Assembly: GCA_039698055.1 (NCBI GenBank)
Contig: JBDKTL010000014.1
Location: 1-54,768 of the forward strand
Length of the DNA stretch: 54,768 nt
Source: Methanoregula sp.
Lineage (GTDB): Archaea > Halobacteriota > Methanomicrobia > Methanomicrobiales > Methanospirillaceae
Direction of reading: 5' to 3'
Shown: positions 19,012-28,411 of the stretch, piece by piece
Position numbering within the stretch: position 1 is the stretch's first letter
Layout of the letters: each line of letters begins with the position of its first letter
The notes under the pieces: model-generated
What the model was told of the DNA's origin: nothing
Database searches by the model: none
The model's input: only the letters and a program-made list of their open reading frames with translations
Translations under genes and position numbers: made by a program

Positions 19012-19668
19012 TTTTTTCAGCTGTTTGTTCAGGAGCCGCAGGCAGTCGTCCTCGGCCTCTTTTTTGGTAAATACCGTGAATATGTCGTTTGGCTGGATTC
19101 TCACATTTCCGCTCGGGATAATGAGCACGCCGCCCTCTCTCCGGATTGCAATAAAGACGAAATCCTTGACCTTGAGTTCGCGGATCTCATGGCCGACAAT
19201 CGGGGCCCCTTCCTCGGCGACAATTTCAAAAATCGTGCCGCCCGGGATCGAGGCAAGCTTCTGGAGCTGCGGGTTTTCCGTCCAGTAATATAACCGGGAT
19301 GCGACAAGTTCATCGGGATTCTCACTGATCCTGACCCCGACTTCCTTAAAAAAATCTGAATGGGCGGTCTGGTTGACGATAGCGACCACGTTTGGCACAT
19401 GGAACCGTTTTGCCAGCCAGCAGGCCATGAGGTTGACCGAATCGTCGCTTGTGGTGGCGACAAAAGCCTCTGTCCGGTCGATACCTGCCTCTTCAAGGGT
19501 GGTCTTGTCTGTTGCGTTCCCGGTGACTGCAAGGATATCGTAATGCTCAAGGATTTCGCTGCACCGGTCCTCATCATGGTCAATGACGACGACGTTGTTA
19601 CCATGTTCGACCGCCTGTTTTACAAGACTCCGTCCGATGCCGCCAAGCCCCACGATGATAATATACAT
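19000..19668 (-). CDS. trkA: TrkA family potassium uptake NAD-binding subunit
   Basis: GLGGIG RCK-N domain plus C-terminal RCK-C domain (IIPSGN..I..ND). Confidence 0.88.
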   Translation of the reverse strand: MYIIIVGLGGIGRSLVKQAVEHGNNVVVIDHDEDRCSEILEHYDILAVTGNATDKTTLEEAGIDRTEAFVATTSDDSVNLMACWLAKRFHVPNVVAIVNQTAHSDFFKEVGVRISENPDELVASRLYYWTENPQLQKLASIPGGTIFEIVAEEGAPIVGHEIRELKVKDFVFIAIRREGGVLIIPSGNVRIQPNDIFTVFTKKEAEDDCLRLLNKQLKKSAE

Positions 19669-19723
19669 GACTACCGGTTACCATCATCTCCATTGAAATA
19701 ATTTGCGCATGTACGTTTCTACT

Positions 19724-20374
19724 GTGATTTGCGGGGTCGACGAAGCAGGAAAAGGTTCGGTGCTCGGGCCGATGGTGATCGCGGGAGTCGGTGTGAAATC
19801 ACCGGATGTCTTTCTTGAGATTCCTGTTAAGGATTCAAAGAAACTTTCTCCCGCTGCACGGGAGGCACTCTATGAGCAGATTAAGAAGCACTGCCGGATA
19901 GCAACCGTCGTGATTGACGCTCACGAGATCGATACATTGCGCCGTGAGATGACCCTGAATACCGTTGTTGCCCGTGCACATGCGGACGTTATCCGCAGGA
20001 TATCCCCCGAAGTTGCATATGTCGATGCCTGTGATGTGAATGCGGCACGGTACGGGAAAACGGTGGGGGAATATCTTGGCCGGTCCTGCGAGATCGTGTC
20101 AGAGCACCATGCGGATGATAAGTTCCCTGTCGTATCAGCGGCAAGCATCATCGCAAAAGTCACCCGTGACCGGGCGATCATAAGACTTGCAAAAACGTAC
20201 GGCACTATCGGGAGTGGGTATCCTTCCGATCCAGTCACCATCGCATACCTCTCCGCGTATATTGACGAGAACCGGATCCCTCCGCCGATTGCCCGGAAGA
20301 GCTGGAAGACGGTGAGCACGATGATGGGAAAAAAATCCCAGAGCCACCTGCAGAATTTTTATCCCTCTGTCTGA
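19724..20374 (+). CDS. rnhB: Ribonuclease HII
   Basis: CGVDEAGKG..LGPM, KDSKKLS, VSAASIIAKV.RD and GSGYPSDP motifs; start uncertain (ATG 19709 or GTG 19724). Confidence 0.95.
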   Translation: MICGVDEAGKGSVLGPMVIAGVGVKSPDVFLEIPVKDSKKLSPAAREALYEQIKKHCRIATVVIDAHEIDTLRREMTLNTVVARAHADVIRRISPEVAYVDACDVNAARYGKTVGEYLGRSCEIVSEHHADDKFPVVSAASIIAKVTRDRAIIRLAKTYGTIGSGYPSDPVTIAYLSAYIDENRIPPPIARKSWKTVSTMMGKKSQSHLQNFYPSV

Positions 20375-20425
20375 CCCGTATCCCGACCATTACTTTATGT
20401 GATCTTCCATGCCATTATACAAAGA

Positions 20426-21739
20426 ATGGACTGGATCCCTATCCTGATTGCCCTTGTGGCCATCTACGCCATCGCTGCGTATTATATACATTCACGGAAA
20501 CTCTGGGCTGACCATATTGTGTTCTACGGGCCGATAATGGCGATACGGAGCCGGCGTGTGGGATTTTTCGACCATTTCGCACGGTTTCACCGGTTCCTCC
20601 GGGCCTACGGGACGCTTGGTGCTGTCATTGTCATTCTGGTCTCCGCCGCGATGGTGGTCATGCTCTTCTTTTCCCTGTATAGCAGCCTTGTCCACCCCCA
20701 GCAACCCACTGCGATCAACAATCCCATAAACTACTTCGCAATCCCCGGAGTGAATGAGTTTATCCCGTTTACCGGTGCAGTGTGGTTTGCATTCGTATTC
20801 ACACTTGTTATCCATGAATTTGGTCATGCGTTCCTCGCCCGCGTGGAGAAACTAAAGGTTAGTTTTATCGGGATTCTCTGGTGCGTCATCCCTATTGGTG
20901 CTTTTGTTGAACCGGATGAGGCGGAATTTGAGAAACTGCAGGGATTGCCGAAGATTCGCATGCTGGGGGCGGGTATCACCAACAACATCGTCGCCGGTCT
21001 TGCTTGTTTTCTCCTTCTTGCCCTGCTCCTTGGTTTTGCAGTCCCTCTCCAGACTCCCCTGATCAGTTCCGTTTACAAGGATTATCCCGCCGATCAGGCA
21101 GGAATCGTTCCCGATTCAGTCATCATCAGTATCAACGGAGTCACGGTGACCACGCAGGCCGGAGTCTCGACGATCCTCAATACCACGCGACCCGGAGACC
21201 AGATAGTGATCGTGACTGAGAAAGATGGGACTACGTCCACCCACACGCTTACCGTAAGCTCGTGGCCGCAGGAAATGAGTACAAGACAGAGCGGGTTCAT
21301 GGGAGTGACGTACTATGAGGCATCCGGGATCAAGCAGATCTTTAATGTCTTTTTAAGCCCGCTTGGGTTTTTTGTCATGCTCGCAATTCCGGTCTATATC
21401 ATTCTTGACCCGGTTGGCTGGGGGCAGTTCCTGATCCTGGTCAATGATTCAGCGAGTGCCGTTGCGTGGAGTGTCCCGTTCCCGGGCTACTGGTTTGTCA
21501 TCCAGCTCCTCTTCTGGTGCGCCTGGTTTAATATTGCGGTTGGCCTGTGTAACGCGCTCCCGATGGTGCCGTTTGATGGCGGCTATATCTTCAAGGAATG
21601 TGTTGACCGGTTCCTTGAACCACGCGGATTTCTGAAATATTCAGGACATATTGTCATTATGGTCAGCTACGTAATGCTGTTAATTCTTACCTTAACCCTT
21701 ACACTTCCTCTAATAATGCATGCGTTGGGCTATTCATAG
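20426..21739 (+). CDS. Site-2 protease (M50) with PDZ domain
   Basis: HEFGH, GAFVEPDE, AGI..N, PDZ (YPADQAGI) and NALPMVPFDGG motifs. Confidence 0.93.
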   Translation: MDWIPILIALVAIYAIAAYYIHSRKLWADHIVFYGPIMAIRSRRVGFFDHFARFHRFLRAYGTLGAVIVILVSAAMVVMLFFSLYSSLVHPQQPTAINNPINYFAIPGVNEFIPFTGAVWFAFVFTLVIHEFGHAFLARVEKLKVSFIGILWCVIPIGAFVEPDEAEFEKLQGLPKIRMLGAGITNNIVAGLACFLLLALLLGFAVPLQTPLISSVYKDYPADQAGIVPDSVIISINGVTVTTQAGVSTILNTTRPGDQIVIVTEKDGTTSTHTLTVSSWPQEMSTRQSGFMGVTYYEASGIKQIFNVFLSPLGFFVMLAIPVYIILDPVGWGQFLILVNDSASAVAWSVPFPGYWFVIQLLFWCAWFNIAVGLCNALPMVPFDGGYIFKECVDRFLEPRGFLKYSGHIVIMVSYVMLLILTLTLTLPLIMHALGYS

Positions 21740-21852
21740 ACATTTTTTATTATTCCCCTGATGAAAATCTGGGAACTTGTAACGCTTTGAGATTCGTAAC
21801 ATCTTCCCGGATTGCGATTTATTTTCATTAAACCTCCATCACGTTCTCCCTG

Positions 21853-22008
21853 ATGGAGGGGAATATCATAAAAAAAGAGGGTGTTGACCGGTTGCTTGAC
21901 CGGCGGGGATTGATAAAATACTCCGGGTATGTTGTCAGTGCAGTGAGTTACGTGATGATTATGGTCCTGATGTCGCTTATCGTGCTTCCCTACCTGCTGC
22001 ACATGTGA
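21853..22008 (+). pseudogene. Stranded second copy of the M50 protease C-terminus (51-codon remnant)
   Basis: Translates to MEGNIIKKEGVDRLLDRRGLIKYSGYVVSAVSYVMIMVLMSLIVLPYLLHM, colinear with the upstream gene tail KECVDRFLEPRGFLKYSGHIVIMVSYVMLLILTLTLTLPLIMH. Confidence 0.75.
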
Positions 22009-22036
22009 TGTACCCGACGAACTTTTTAGGGTATAA

Positions 22037-23086
22037 TTACGGGCTGATCCGTCCGTCCATCATACGTTTTGCCTGTTCGTACAGAACCGGATCAACCCGT
22101 TTTGACCGGTGTACGACTTCTTCCAATGATACCGCGGTCATCCGTGTGCCCTGTACAGCGATCATGCACCCAAAATTTTTCATATAGATCTGGTCTACCG
22201 CGAACTCTCCCATCCGGGTAGCGATAACCCGGTCAAATGCGGTGGGTGTGCCGCCCCGCTGGACATGACCAAGGGTAGTTACCCGTGTCTCGATGGCAAG
22301 CCTGCGCTCCAGATCCTTTCCCAAGACATTTCCGACGCCGACAAACTTTTCATGCCCGCATTCATCACGATCGCATACCGGGACAAGTGAACTGGTAATA
22401 TCCTCGTGATGTGTACCTTCTGCGACAACAACCACCGAGAATTTTTTTCCTGAATCGTACCGTACCTTGAGATTCCGACAGAGTTCGTCCATGGTCATAT
22501 GCACTTCCGGGATCAGGATCGCATCTGCACCGCCGGCAATTCCGGCAGTAAGTGCGATCCAACCGGCATTGCGTCCCATCACTTCGACAACCATAATGCG
22601 GTGGTGCGATTCGGCAGTCGTATGGAGCCGGTCAAGTGCCTCTGTTACAATGGAAACAGCCGTGTCAAAGCCGATAGTGACATCGGTGCCCGCAATGTCA
22701 TTGTCGATGGTCTTTGGGATTCCTACCAGGGGAACTCCCCTCAGGGCAACTTCATGTGCTGCGCGAAGAGTTCCATCGCCCCCTATTACTACCAGCGCAT
22801 CAATTTTTGAGGTTGCGATCGTCCTTTTTATTGCTTCAAATCCTGCTGTCGTTTTCACCGGGTCGGTCCGCGATGTGCCAAGGATCGTTCCGCCCCAGGA
22901 AATAATGCCTGATACCGAGTGTTCTGTGAGTGGCTTGATATCCCCGTCCACCAGCCCCTGCCAACCGTTGTGGATGCCGATAACCCGGGCACCGCGACTG
23001 ATGCCACTGCGTACCACCGCCTGGATCGCTGCATTCAGCCCGGGGCAGTCACCGCCTCCCGTGAGAATACCGATAGTCAGTGTCAT
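22037..23086 (-). CDS. pfkA: 6-phosphofructokinase, bacterial PfkA family (group III-like, probably ATP-dependent)
   Basis: LTGGGDCPGLN, GGTILGTSR, GGDG, PKTIDND, EVMGR.AGW and LGHVQRGG motifs. Confidence 0.93.
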   Translation of the reverse strand: MTLTIGILTGGGDCPGLNAAIQAVVRSGISRGARVIGIHNGWQGLVDGDIKPLTEHSVSGIISWGGTILGTSRTDPVKTTAGFEAIKRTIATSKIDALVVIGGDGTLRAAHEVALRGVPLVGIPKTIDNDIAGTDVTIGFDTAVSIVTEALDRLHTTAESHHRIMVVEVMGRNAGWIALTAGIAGGADAILIPEVHMTMDELCRNLKVRYDSGKKFSVVVVAEGTHHEDITSSLVPVCDRDECGHEKFVGVGNVLGKDLERRLAIETRVTTLGHVQRGGTPTAFDRVIATRMGEFAVDQIYMKNFGCMIAVQGTRMTAVSLEEVVHRSKRVDPVLYEQAKRMMDGRISP

Positions 23087-23444
23087 GTTATACTTCCCTG
23101 CCTTGTTGCTGCAAATGCACGTATTTTTCCCGCATCAGACCTGTCAGGTTTGGACCGGTTACCCTGCAGGAGCGTACCGGAAACGAGGGCGACCGTGAAT
23201 TTCTCATGGAAAAACCACGTATCATAGAGTACCTTGTTGTTTTGGTGACGGGCCATCACATCTTCTCGCTTTTATCTTGTTATCTTTGGATATCGTGCAG
23301 GGAACATAATGATGTTTGCGAAGTACTCCCGCTGCCAACCGATACGGGAATCATGAATCCTCCCCGGATTGACTATTAAGGAGAGGGCTGATAAACCGGA
23401 CAGCCGATCCCGGTTCAGCAATTATAAAAAAAATCGTGTGGTAA

Positions 23445-24545
23445 TCACACAACAGGCTTGTTTGTCTCTTCACCTTTTATTGTATCGACCGTCAGCCGCC
23501 GCTTGCTTGTGTCCTTGAGTTCCTCTTCGGTGACCTTTGGCACGGCATCCTGTATCTCCTTGAGGATTGCGTCAACCGTTTCAGGCTTTGGCATATCCCC
23601 AAGAATGCTTTCATCCATGGTGGGGCGTCCCGCAATGTCTGTGGTTGTCTCTTCAGTTGCCCCCAAGAACTTTGCCCCCTGCCGGATCAACTGGGAGAGC
23701 TCGAACGGGAAGATGATCTTTGTTGCCTGGCCGTTTGCCACTACTTTGAGTGCGTCCAGCGTCAGGACGGTCATTGACCGGTTGTCAAGGGGTGCAGCCC
23801 CCACGGAAAGGATGCGCAATCCCTGTGCCTGGCCTTGTGCCTGCAGGATCCGGGACAGGCGTTCACCCTCGGCACGGAGCACCTTGCTCTGCCGTTCCCC
23901 TTCTGCTTCAAGGATCATGCTCTGGCGGAGCCCTTCTGCCTTAAGGATCGCAGAACGCTTCTCCCCGTCTGCACGCAGGATCGCTGCACGGCGGGCCCGC
24001 TCTGCGGCAGTCTGTTCCGTCATTGCGTTCTTGACCGTCTCGACCGGATCGACTTCTTTTATTTCCACCCGTTCGACTTTCACACCCCACTGGTCAGTTT
24101 CACGGTCAAGGATGTCCCGGAGTTTTGTATTGATGACGTCACGGTTGTAGAGGACTTCATCAAGTTCCATGTCCCCGATGATCCCACGGAGGCTTGTCTG
24201 GGCGAGAGCGACGGTTGCGATCCGGTAGTTGGACACTTCAAAAAATGCTTTCTCCGGATCGATCACCCGTATGTAAATAATAGCATCGACATTTGTCGGG
24301 GAGTTGTCTTTTGTGATCACTTCCTGCGACGGTACATCAATAACAAGGGTGCGCAGGTCCAGTTTTATTACATCGCTCACAAACGGGACGATCCAGCGGA
24401 AACCGGGATTCATGCGTCCGATATATTTCCCGAGCCGGATCTGCAATCCCTGCTCGTACGGCTGGACGATAACGACACCTTTTGCAAATATGACGACGAT
24501 AACCAGAATCAGAAAAATGGTAATGAGTGTTTCGATAAAAGCCAT
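23445..24545 (-). CDS. SPFH/band-7 (stomatin/QmcA-like) protein
   Basis: N-terminal TM, QEVITKDN, DQWGVKVERVEIK and AEG coiled-coil repeats. Confidence 0.93.
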   Translation of the reverse strand: MAFIETLITIFLILVIVVIFAKGVVIVQPYEQGLQIRLGKYIGRMNPGFRWIVPFVSDVIKLDLRTLVIDVPSQEVITKDNSPTNVDAIIYIRVIDPEKAFFEVSNYRIATVALAQTSLRGIIGDMELDEVLYNRDVINTKLRDILDRETDQWGVKVERVEIKEVDPVETVKNAMTEQTAAERARRAAILRADGEKRSAILKAEGLRQSMILEAEGERQSKVLRAEGERLSRILQAQGQAQGLRILSVGAAPLDNRSMTVLTLDALKVVANGQATKIIFPFELSQLIRQGAKFLGATEETTTDIAGRPTMDESILGDMPKPETVDAILKEIQDAVPKVTEEELKDTSKRRLTVDTIKGEETNKPVV

Positions 24546-24547
24546 GG

Positions 24548-25006
24548 TTAGTATACCTCCTCTACCACAATATGTACGCCTTCAGAGTCAACGACCCTGA
24601 CAGTCTTCCCCATGGGGATGATGGAACCCGTGGAATGAGCACTCCATTCAGTCGATGCAATGACCACTTTTCCGTTGATGGTTGTGGCATCAATTTCCTT
24701 AATGACCTGCCCTTCTTTTCCAATGAGTGAGTCGCGGCTGATGGTTGTCGGGCTCTCGTTTGGCGTGATTTTGCTGTACATCCAGACGGTCAGCCCTGCA
24801 GAGCAGATTGCGATAATTACCCCGACAATCACACCCCAGCCGGAATTGAAAATATCAACACCCAGAAGGAGCAGGACCCCAAGGATGATGAGCACAGTCG
24901 CCGGTACGGTGGCAAAAAAACCCGGGCTGTGCACTTCGATTAGGAGAAGGATGGCACCCATGACGATGAGTATCCATCCAAGAGCTATCCCTTCAAGAAG
25001 TACCAT
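24548..25006 (-). CDS. NfeD (short form, OB-fold) partner of SPFH
   Basis: TM helices, then LIGKEG.V...GKV....EWSA...G..VRVV..EG; directly upstream of SPFH. Confidence 0.92.
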   Translation of the reverse strand: MVLLEGIALGWILIVMGAILLLIEVHSPGFFATVPATVLIILGVLLLLGVDIFNSGWGVIVGVIIAICSAGLTVWMYSKITPNESPTTISRDSLIGKEGQVIKEIDATTINGKVVIASTEWSAHSTGSIIPMGKTVRVVDSEGVHIVVEEVY

Positions 25007-25543
25007 GATTATTGATGGGATTGCACGGATAAAATTCTATGGGAAATTTATCATTATACCGCTGAAAAGGGATCTAATCCGAGCAAAATGGGTTGGGTTT
25101 TTCCCCAGTGATGCATCCCTGTCCAGGAATTTATGATCCGATTTATGCCGGCATTTTCATCGTTTTTTTCATTTGGGGGTTGTACGTGATCAGGAGGATA
25201 AGTCGGGGGAGGGTATCAGTCTCCGGTGAAAATAACCTGCCCGTCACGATTGTTTCGGAAGAAATCTTCCAATGATTCATCCAAAATATTATCGGCAGGA
25301 TCAGCCCGGTTTTTTTAATTTTGTTCAGGGATGTGTTCCCTGTACCTGTATTCATCCGGTGAACCTCACACCCGCGTTTTTTGCGGTGCGAACACATGAA
25401 TATTGTAAAACGGGATTTCCTTGGGGGCACTCATCGAAAAATAGATTGTGTGGGTGGTAAAACCCACCATCCCCGGTAAAATGCCTGATTTTCCTGAACC
25501 GATGCGCGAAGGTGGGATTCCCCCGTCTGCTGGAGTTATGGAC

Positions 25544-26401
25544 TTACTGCATTCGCAACCACGCGATTTTTGAACCAACCGGCACACCAACCTCATCTGC
25601 AACCGGTTTGCATTTTGTTGCCATAAGATAGGCAACCGGGGGAAGGTTGTGCAGGATGGAAAGGGATTCGTAATTTGCCATTCCTTTGGCGATGATCAGG
25701 GTGCAGTTATCGAGTGCATCTTTGAGATCCGGGGGGATATTTTCCATGCAGATCCCGATCTCCGCCAAATCGCTGTTGACGGTCAGGAGGTCAACGATGC
25801 GGTCCAGTCCCAGCATTTTTGCATCAGCCAGTGTCGCATCGTTCAGCATCGGCGTTCCCTTTACCCCGAGCGTCACATGCGAGCCCTGGTCTTTGAGGTA
25901 CTGGATCAGGAGCCGGTCAAAAATAATCTCCCCGCAATTGTCGCTTAAGTATACCACACGAGATAGAAGCGGAAGGATCCGGTCCGTATCATCGATCGTG
26001 AGACCTTTGTCAAATTCCTGTTTGAAAAATTTACTGAAATTGTCTGTGACGGTATGCCCTTTGACCCCGTAGTCAAACGTGTTGCCAATGATTGCGGCGA
26101 GCACGAAATCCCGGAAGGTAGTAAGGCTGCCACGGACCTGCCGGCATATGGCAATCGATTCAGCATTTCCCTTCTCTTTAAGGGTATCGAAAGGATCGGC
26201 ATTGCCAATCAGGGTGTATGCATGACCGTGAACCCGGCTTGCGATTTGCGGATGGCTGAGTGGCGCATCGCGCAGGTTCATGAGGAGATCCCTGCACGCT
26301 TCTTCTGTCTGTTTTGTCAGATCTGCATCTGCATGCACCAGACCGCATTCCAGTTTTACCCGGGAAATGAGACAATCAATGCATGTATCAGTGATCTTCA
26401 C
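25544..26401 (-). CDS. ARMT1-like / DUF89 damage-control phosphatase
   Basis: C..C start, DPF..LK...N, GNTFD, DNCGEI, NDAT, KGMANYE and KC motifs; GTG at 26401. Confidence 0.9.
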   Translation of the reverse strand: MKITDTCIDCLISRVKLECGLVHADADLTKQTEEACRDLLMNLRDAPLSHPQIASRVHGHAYTLIGNADPFDTLKEKGNAESIAICRQVRGSLTTFRDFVLAAIIGNTFDYGVKGHTVTDNFSKFFKQEFDKGLTIDDTDRILPLLSRVVYLSDNCGEIIFDRLLIQYLKDQGSHVTLGVKGTPMLNDATLADAKMLGLDRIVDLLTVNSDLAEIGICMENIPPDLKDALDNCTLIIAKGMANYESLSILHNLPPVAYLMATKCKPVADEVGVPVGSKIAWLRMQ

Positions 26402-26429
26402 AAAAAAACACCTGTAAAAAAAATTAAAA

Positions 26430-26503
26430 TGGGGCCATCGCGATTTGAACACGAGTCAGAAGACCCCCAGTCTCCTAGGATGCCCAGGCTACCCTATGGC
26501 CCC
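26430..26503 (-). tRNA. tRNA-Pro(GGG)
   Basis: Acceptor GGGGCCA/TGGCCCC+A, anticodon arm GGAGA-CTGGGGG-TCTTC, T-loop TTCAAAT; no intron; CCA not encoded. Confidence 0.95.
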
Positions 26504-26580
26504 GCTCTATACTATTCGTTGATATTCCATATCTATCTTGTTGTAATGTGAATGTAAAATCAGGTAAGTGTGAGAGGGTT

Positions 26581-26778
26581 TTACATGCCTGTTCGTTTGA
26601 ATTCCTCGACTCTTTGGATCAGATTATCCAGTTCAGTATCGGTGATCCTGATTTTTCCTTCAATTGCATCGATCTCATTCAATAACTGCTTGATCCTCAC
26701 GTACATGAGATAAATGATGAACTGCTGGACAACAATCACGCCACCAAATATTATCAGCATGTAACTTTCAAATGCCAT
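26581..26778 (-). CDS. Small membrane protein (N-terminal TM + coiled coil)
   Basis: 65 aa; AGGTGA RBS; hydrophobic N-terminal helix followed by a heptad-like helix. Confidence 0.75.
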   Translation of the reverse strand: MAFESYMLIIFGGVIVVQQFIIYLMYVRIKQLLNEIDAIEGKIRITDTELDNLIQRVEEFKRTGM

Positions 26779-27273
26779 TTTTATTCACCTGAATTCTGCA
26801 AACAGGCATGACGGTCCATAAAAACAATCCCGGTTTTTGCGTTCATGGTCTGTTCTCCCTTTTTACTCATTTGATATGTAAGGGCAATACGCTTCAATCC
26901 TGATACGTTCCCTTTACAGAAGTAATCGTATGTACTTTGATCAAAATGTTATAGGTACCCTTTATAATGAAAAATTGTATTTATAGCCAATCAATTTAAT
27001 CTTATTGAATTACTTCCTGAATGAACCGACATATAACTCCTGATTTGTCGGATATCCTGCAACGTTTTTTTTTTCGTACGCGATATCAGCTGCAGGAGCG
27101 CTCGTGCATAACTATATCGTGCCTTTGTCAGGCATTTTGGAGATCGACCTGCGATATGTGGATATTTTTTTAAACAGCGACATAATCCGGGCGTAATTAA
27201 AAAAAGAAATGTATATATGTTCCCATCAGGTATTATGAATTACAAAGGATAATCCAACACGGGGTCTGGAACC

Positions 27274-27633
27274 ATGTTGAAGGAAAAAATTGCAACATAT
27301 ATTGAAAAAATTCGAGCTGTTGACGGGGTTGCTGCCTGTGCCCTTGTTTCGAGGGACGGCATAATAGCAGGAAAATTTTTTGAACATGAGTTGAATGAAC
27401 CTTGGTTTGGTGCACTTTCCGCGACGATCCTTGCCTCTGCAGAATCAGCAGGGAATATTATCCGGATGAAAGCGCTTGATTCAGTGACGATTCGAGCCCG
27501 GGATTCTGCTATCATGGTGATGGGTGCAGGAGATAATTTTCTTATTACGGCAATAATCAAAGAAAAGGCAGATCATGAAAAAATCCATGATCAACTCGTT
27601 GCCATTGCAAAAAAAATCAGTCAGGTGATGTGA
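27274..27633 (+). CDS. Roadblock/LC7 (MglB-like) domain protein
   Basis: DGV.ACALVSRDG.I, ALSATILASAE and V.GAG..FLI pattern. Confidence 0.88.
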   Translation: MLKEKIATYIEKIRAVDGVAACALVSRDGIIAGKFFEHELNEPWFGALSATILASAESAGNIIRMKALDSVTIRARDSAIMVMGAGDNFLITAIIKEKADHEKIHDQLVAIAKKISQVM

Positions 27634-28265
27634 TGTATACGATTCTTGTAGTCGACGACAGTCCTTTTATTGTGGATGTGTTTGTCACCATGCTCGAACG
27701 GGGGGGATACCGTACGGTTGCGGCATATGGCGGAGATGAATGCCTGGAGATTTTAAAAACAGTCACCCCGGATTTAATCCTGCTGGATATTATGATGGAA
27801 CCCATGGACGGATGGGAAACCCTGGAAAAAATCAAGGAAAATCCCGAGACAAAAGATATCCCGGTGCTCATGCTCACGGCAAAACAGCTCACTCCCTCCG
27901 AGGCTCAGGAATACGGTATTTACATTGAAGACTATGTTCTCAAACCTATCACCCACCGCGAATTGTACGATGCGATTGAGCATGTCCTCACCCGCAGGCA
28001 GACACTTAAAACCGATATGGATCTCGCACGGCAGTCGGGTTTTGAGTCCGACATTATCAACGAGTATGCCCGGCTCTCAAAGAGTATCGATATCAACAAA
28101 CGCCTTATGAAGATCCTTGAAACAACCTATAATTTTAACGATTCAAAAGTACGGGTGAGCGAGGAAATATCCCGCGCGATAAAAAGCATGGAGACAAATA
28201 TCAAGTTCCAGGAGAGCCGTCTTCAGCAGATCAAAGGAGATCTTGGGGCAGCCATACACTCATAG
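27633..28265 (+). CDS. Response regulator (REC + uncharacterised helical C-terminal domain)
   Basis: ILVVDDS, LLDIMMEPMDG, MLTAK and YVLKP motifs; about 90-aa helical tail. Confidence 0.9.
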   Translation: MYTILVVDDSPFIVDVFVTMLERGGYRTVAAYGGDECLEILKTVTPDLILLDIMMEPMDGWETLEKIKENPETKDIPVLMLTAKQLTPSEAQEYGIYIEDYVLKPITHRELYDAIEHVLTRRQTLKTDMDLARQSGFESDIINEYARLSKSIDINKRLMKILETTYNFNDSKVRVSEEISRAIKSMETNIKFQESRLQQIKGDLGAAIHS

Positions 28266-28411
28266 ATTGTCTTCTGGCTTTTAGTCAGAGGGCTGATAAA
28301 GGTTTGAATAGTATTGCGGTGTATACTAATACCACGATACACCGGCACGATGTCGGGCAGACAATAGTTATTTTTCCTGATGTTCTCGTTAAAATGAGCA
28401 GGAGATTGATA

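Noticed and set aside
23083-23256. 57-codon ORF (MARHQNNK...) whose stop overlaps the pfkA ATG, suggesting translational coupling
   Set aside because: Any gene starting ATGA creates this overlapping stop automatically; no RBS or recognisable motif.
25020-25540. Short ORFs (25093-25275, 25143-25430, 25272-25460) and a small GTGGGT/ACCCAC hairpin between NfeD and DUF89
   Set aside because: The ORFs overlap each other and lack motifs; no SRP, RNase P or C/D box signature was recognisable.
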